DNA from: Nostoc sp. DedSLP01
GTDB lineage: Bacteria; Cyanobacteriota; Cyanobacteriia; Cyanobacteriales; Nostocaceae
Assembly (NCBI GenBank): GCA_034530875.2
Contig: JAVRCJ020000019.1
Location: 64,001 to 128,000 of the forward strand
DNA: 64,000 bases
Reading direction: 5' to 3'
Part shown: positions 61,853-64,000 of the stretch, in pieces
Position numbering within the stretch: position 1 is the first letter of the stretch
Layout: each line of letters opens with the position of its first letter
Notes under the pieces: model-generated
Seen by the model: the letters and a program-made list of their open reading frames with translations, nothing else
Database searches by the model: none
Told to the model about the DNA's origin: nothing
Position numbers and translations under genes: made by a program

Positions 61853-63166
61853 ATGACAGCAGTTCAAACAGCTACTAGTATTAAATTACCTCCTTCCACG
61901 CATGAATTTGCTGAAGTAATTCATCGTCTAGAAGCAGGCGGTGCAATGTTACCCGATACCCCAGAAAATTTGATGCAAATTATCGGGTTATACAAAGCTT
62001 ATGCTGTGCCAATGGATTTTTATTGGCGTGACTTACTTTATATTGCCGAAAATGTATTTTTAGACCCCTTACCTTTCTTTAAATACTTCTTGCCCGAAGA
62101 GTATTTAGACAGACACAATCATTACGCTGGTGATGATGCCGATTTACGAATTTGGCGCGGCGAAGCTACAGCCCACCCAGAACTTTTGGCATTTATGGAG
62201 AAAGGTGAAACTTTCAAAATGCCCAAGTTATTGCATCATTTATTCCACGATCGCATTAACATGGAATTTGCCGAAGCTTGTATGCGGGCGATGTTGTGGC
62301 ACCGGGGTATGGGCGGGCAATTTGACCCTTACCTAGATTCCGACGAATACAAAGCCAACGCTGATAGGGCAATTAAAGCTTACTTCCAAGGCAACCCAGC
62401 AATGTTGGGACTTTACAAACTGTTCCCCGATATGTTTTTGGAACAGTGCCGCCAGATGTCATACTACGCTAATTTGGGTTTGTTCTGGGAAGTAATGGCG
62501 CCGGTGTTTTTTGAAATGTCCGACCGCTACGACGAAGGCACTATTAGCAGCGTCCCAGAGGCGATGAACTTCTTAGTTAATGGTATATTTGCGATCGCAG
62601 GTCGCCCAATTTACCATCACGTTTATATTCGTGGCGAATGCTACGAAATTATCCCCAAATCTAAGGGTTTCATGTGGCTATATGAAGCAGCATTACCTTA
62701 TGTGGAAGCTGTTTTCTACCGCACCGCACCTTTTAGAGGTACAAAATCTTATAATGCCCAAGCGCGTCAAGTACCAGAAGACCAAAAAGACTTTCACTTT
62801 GGCATTCTTTACGCCGATGTCTTTCCAGTAGGTACTGCTGGCATTCCCCCAACATTATTAATGCAAGATATGTTGCATTTTTTACCACCATATCTTGTTG
62901 ATTATTACAAGCAACATTGTCGGGGTGAAGAAGATATGTTGATTCAGTTGGGAGTTAGTTTTCAACGTTCAATGTATTGTGTAACTTCTGCGGTAATTCA
63001 AGCTTTACGAACTGCGCTTTTATATCCTTTAGATGACCCCAATCCCAAACATTTACAAGCTAATAGACAATTCTTTGAAATGCAGCTAAATCGCTTTACT
63101 CGCTCTGAATATAATATTCGCGATGCTGCACGTTTGGGGAGTATTCAAAGGCAAGATTATCGATAA
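61853..63166 (+). CDS. cupA: CO2 hydration protein CupA/ChpY
   Basis: 437 aa; IHRLEAGGAMLPD, HDRINMEFAE, SYNAQA, GIPPTLLMQDM. Confidence 0.92.
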   Translation: MTAVQTATSIKLPPSTHEFAEVIHRLEAGGAMLPDTPENLMQIIGLYKAYAVPMDFYWRDLLYIAENVFLDPLPFFKYFLPEEYLDRHNHYAGDDADLRIWRGEATAHPELLAFMEKGETFKMPKLLHHLFHDRINMEFAEACMRAMLWHRGMGGQFDPYLDSDEYKANADRAIKAYFQGNPAMLGLYKLFPDMFLEQCRQMSYYANLGLFWEVMAPVFFEMSDRYDEGTISSVPEAMNFLVNGIFAIAGRPIYHHVYIRGECYEIIPKSKGFMWLYEAALPYVEAVFYRTAPFRGTKSYNAQARQVPEDQKDFHFGILYADVFPVGTAGIPPTLLMQDMLHFLPPYLVDYYKQHCRGEEDMLIQLGVSFQRSMYCVTSAVIQALRTALLYPLDDPNPKHLQANRQFFEMQLNRFTRSEYNIRDAARLGSIQRQDYR

Positions 63167-63271
63167 GAGATCCCCCCAACCCCCCTTTTCAAAGGGGGCT
63201 TTATTTTTTACATTAATAAAGCGAACTTAATTTTCTTAGCTGTAAAAATAAGTCTTATCGCTATAAAATTA

Positions 63272-64000
63272 CTAAATACTCGTCAACTCCATAATTTTTT
63301 CAAACTGAAAATTCTCAGCTAAATCGATGAGGCAATTTCGCAGCGCATCATTTTCATTAGGTATTTGCTCAATCAATTCTAAAATTAGGTCATCGCTGCA
63401 TTGAGCTGCGGCGTTGTATATTTGTTGCGCCCATTCAGATGACATTGCAGATATCAAAGGAGCTAATTCTGTAAACGGCAAAATTGATTTTGCTGCCTCT
63501 TTTTTGCGATTACCTATCTGATTAGTTGTTTCTTGATAAATATATTTAACTCCTAAATATTCGCTGATTTTTTCCAGTAGTTCTTCCTCACGGAAAGGCT
63601 TATTAATAAAATCATCGCAACCTGCTTTGATAATTGCTTCTCGTTGTTCCTCAAAAGCATGAGCAGTTAAGGCAATTATTATGGTTTTGCGATTTTGAAT
63701 TGTCGATCGCATCTTTGCCGTGCTGAGAGTACAACTGAGATTTTCGATGATGGTTTTTTCTCTGGTTTTAATTTGTTTTGTGGCTTCGTAGCCGTCCATA
63801 ATCGGCATTCGCATATCCATGAATATCAGGTGTGGTTGCCATTGCTGCCAAATTGCGATCGCTTCTTCGCCATTTGTAGCTTCTTTGACAACAAAACCAA
63901 TGCATGTGAGGATTTTTAGCAGTACCAAACGGCTATCTGTAGCATCATCAACTATTAAAATTCGGTATTCTTTTTGAGCAGATGCTAAACTGCAAACTCG
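63272..64000 (-). CDS. C-terminal receiver domain of a hybrid sensor or response regulator (runs off the window)
   Basis: YRILIVDD, LIFMDMRMPIMDGYEAT, IIALTA, DDFINKP. Confidence 0.88.
   Translation of the reverse strand, partial: RVCSLASAQKEYRILIVDDATDSRLVLLKILTCIGFVVKEATNGEEAIAIWQQWQPHLIFMDMRMPIMDGYEATKQIKTREKTIIENLSCTLSTAKMRSTIQNRKTIIIALTAHAFEEQREAIIKAGCDDFINKPFREEELLEKISEYLGVKYIYQETTNQIGNRKKEAAKSILPFTELAPLISAMSSEWAQQIYNAAAQCSDDLILELIEQIPNENDALRNCLIDLAENFQFEKIMELTSI

Overview
This is a 64-kb chromosomal segment of a heterocystous cyanobacterium (Nostoc/Anabaena-like). The evidence is dense HIP1 GCGATCGC octamers, heptamer STRR repeats, MITEs and a cikA-cobN-PG-binding-furA-sigC-gpsA-lipA gene order. 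Core content: (i) a sulfur/cysteine cluster (two CymR-like Rrf2 regulators, Crp-family CysR, cysE, cysK, tandem NIL protein, two CadD-like proteins and a TauE transporter); (ii) a four-GAF cyanobacteriochrome histidine kinase; (iii) holB and pcrA; (iv) the cikA-lipA block; (v) the CO2-uptake operon ndhF3-(Tat beta-carbonic anhydrase)-ndhD3-cupA. Accessory content: a Septu-like ATPase+HNH pair with no RT, and a ~12-kb island after tRNA-Pro(CGG). The island encodes DUF4007 + large P-loop ATPase + cysteine desulfurase (Ssp/BREX4-like phosphorothioation module) with an atypical effector set (SF2 helicase, GHKL/MORC-like ATPase, HTH-HNH). It appears partly decayed: no PAPS reductase, and the helicase is truncated and stopped by a 21-nt insertion. 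The top hypotheses are this PT-like defence variant and a CysK-centred hub in which four neighbouring proteins end in a CysK-docking-type C-terminal Ile. All calls come from reading motifs by eye; no database searches were run.
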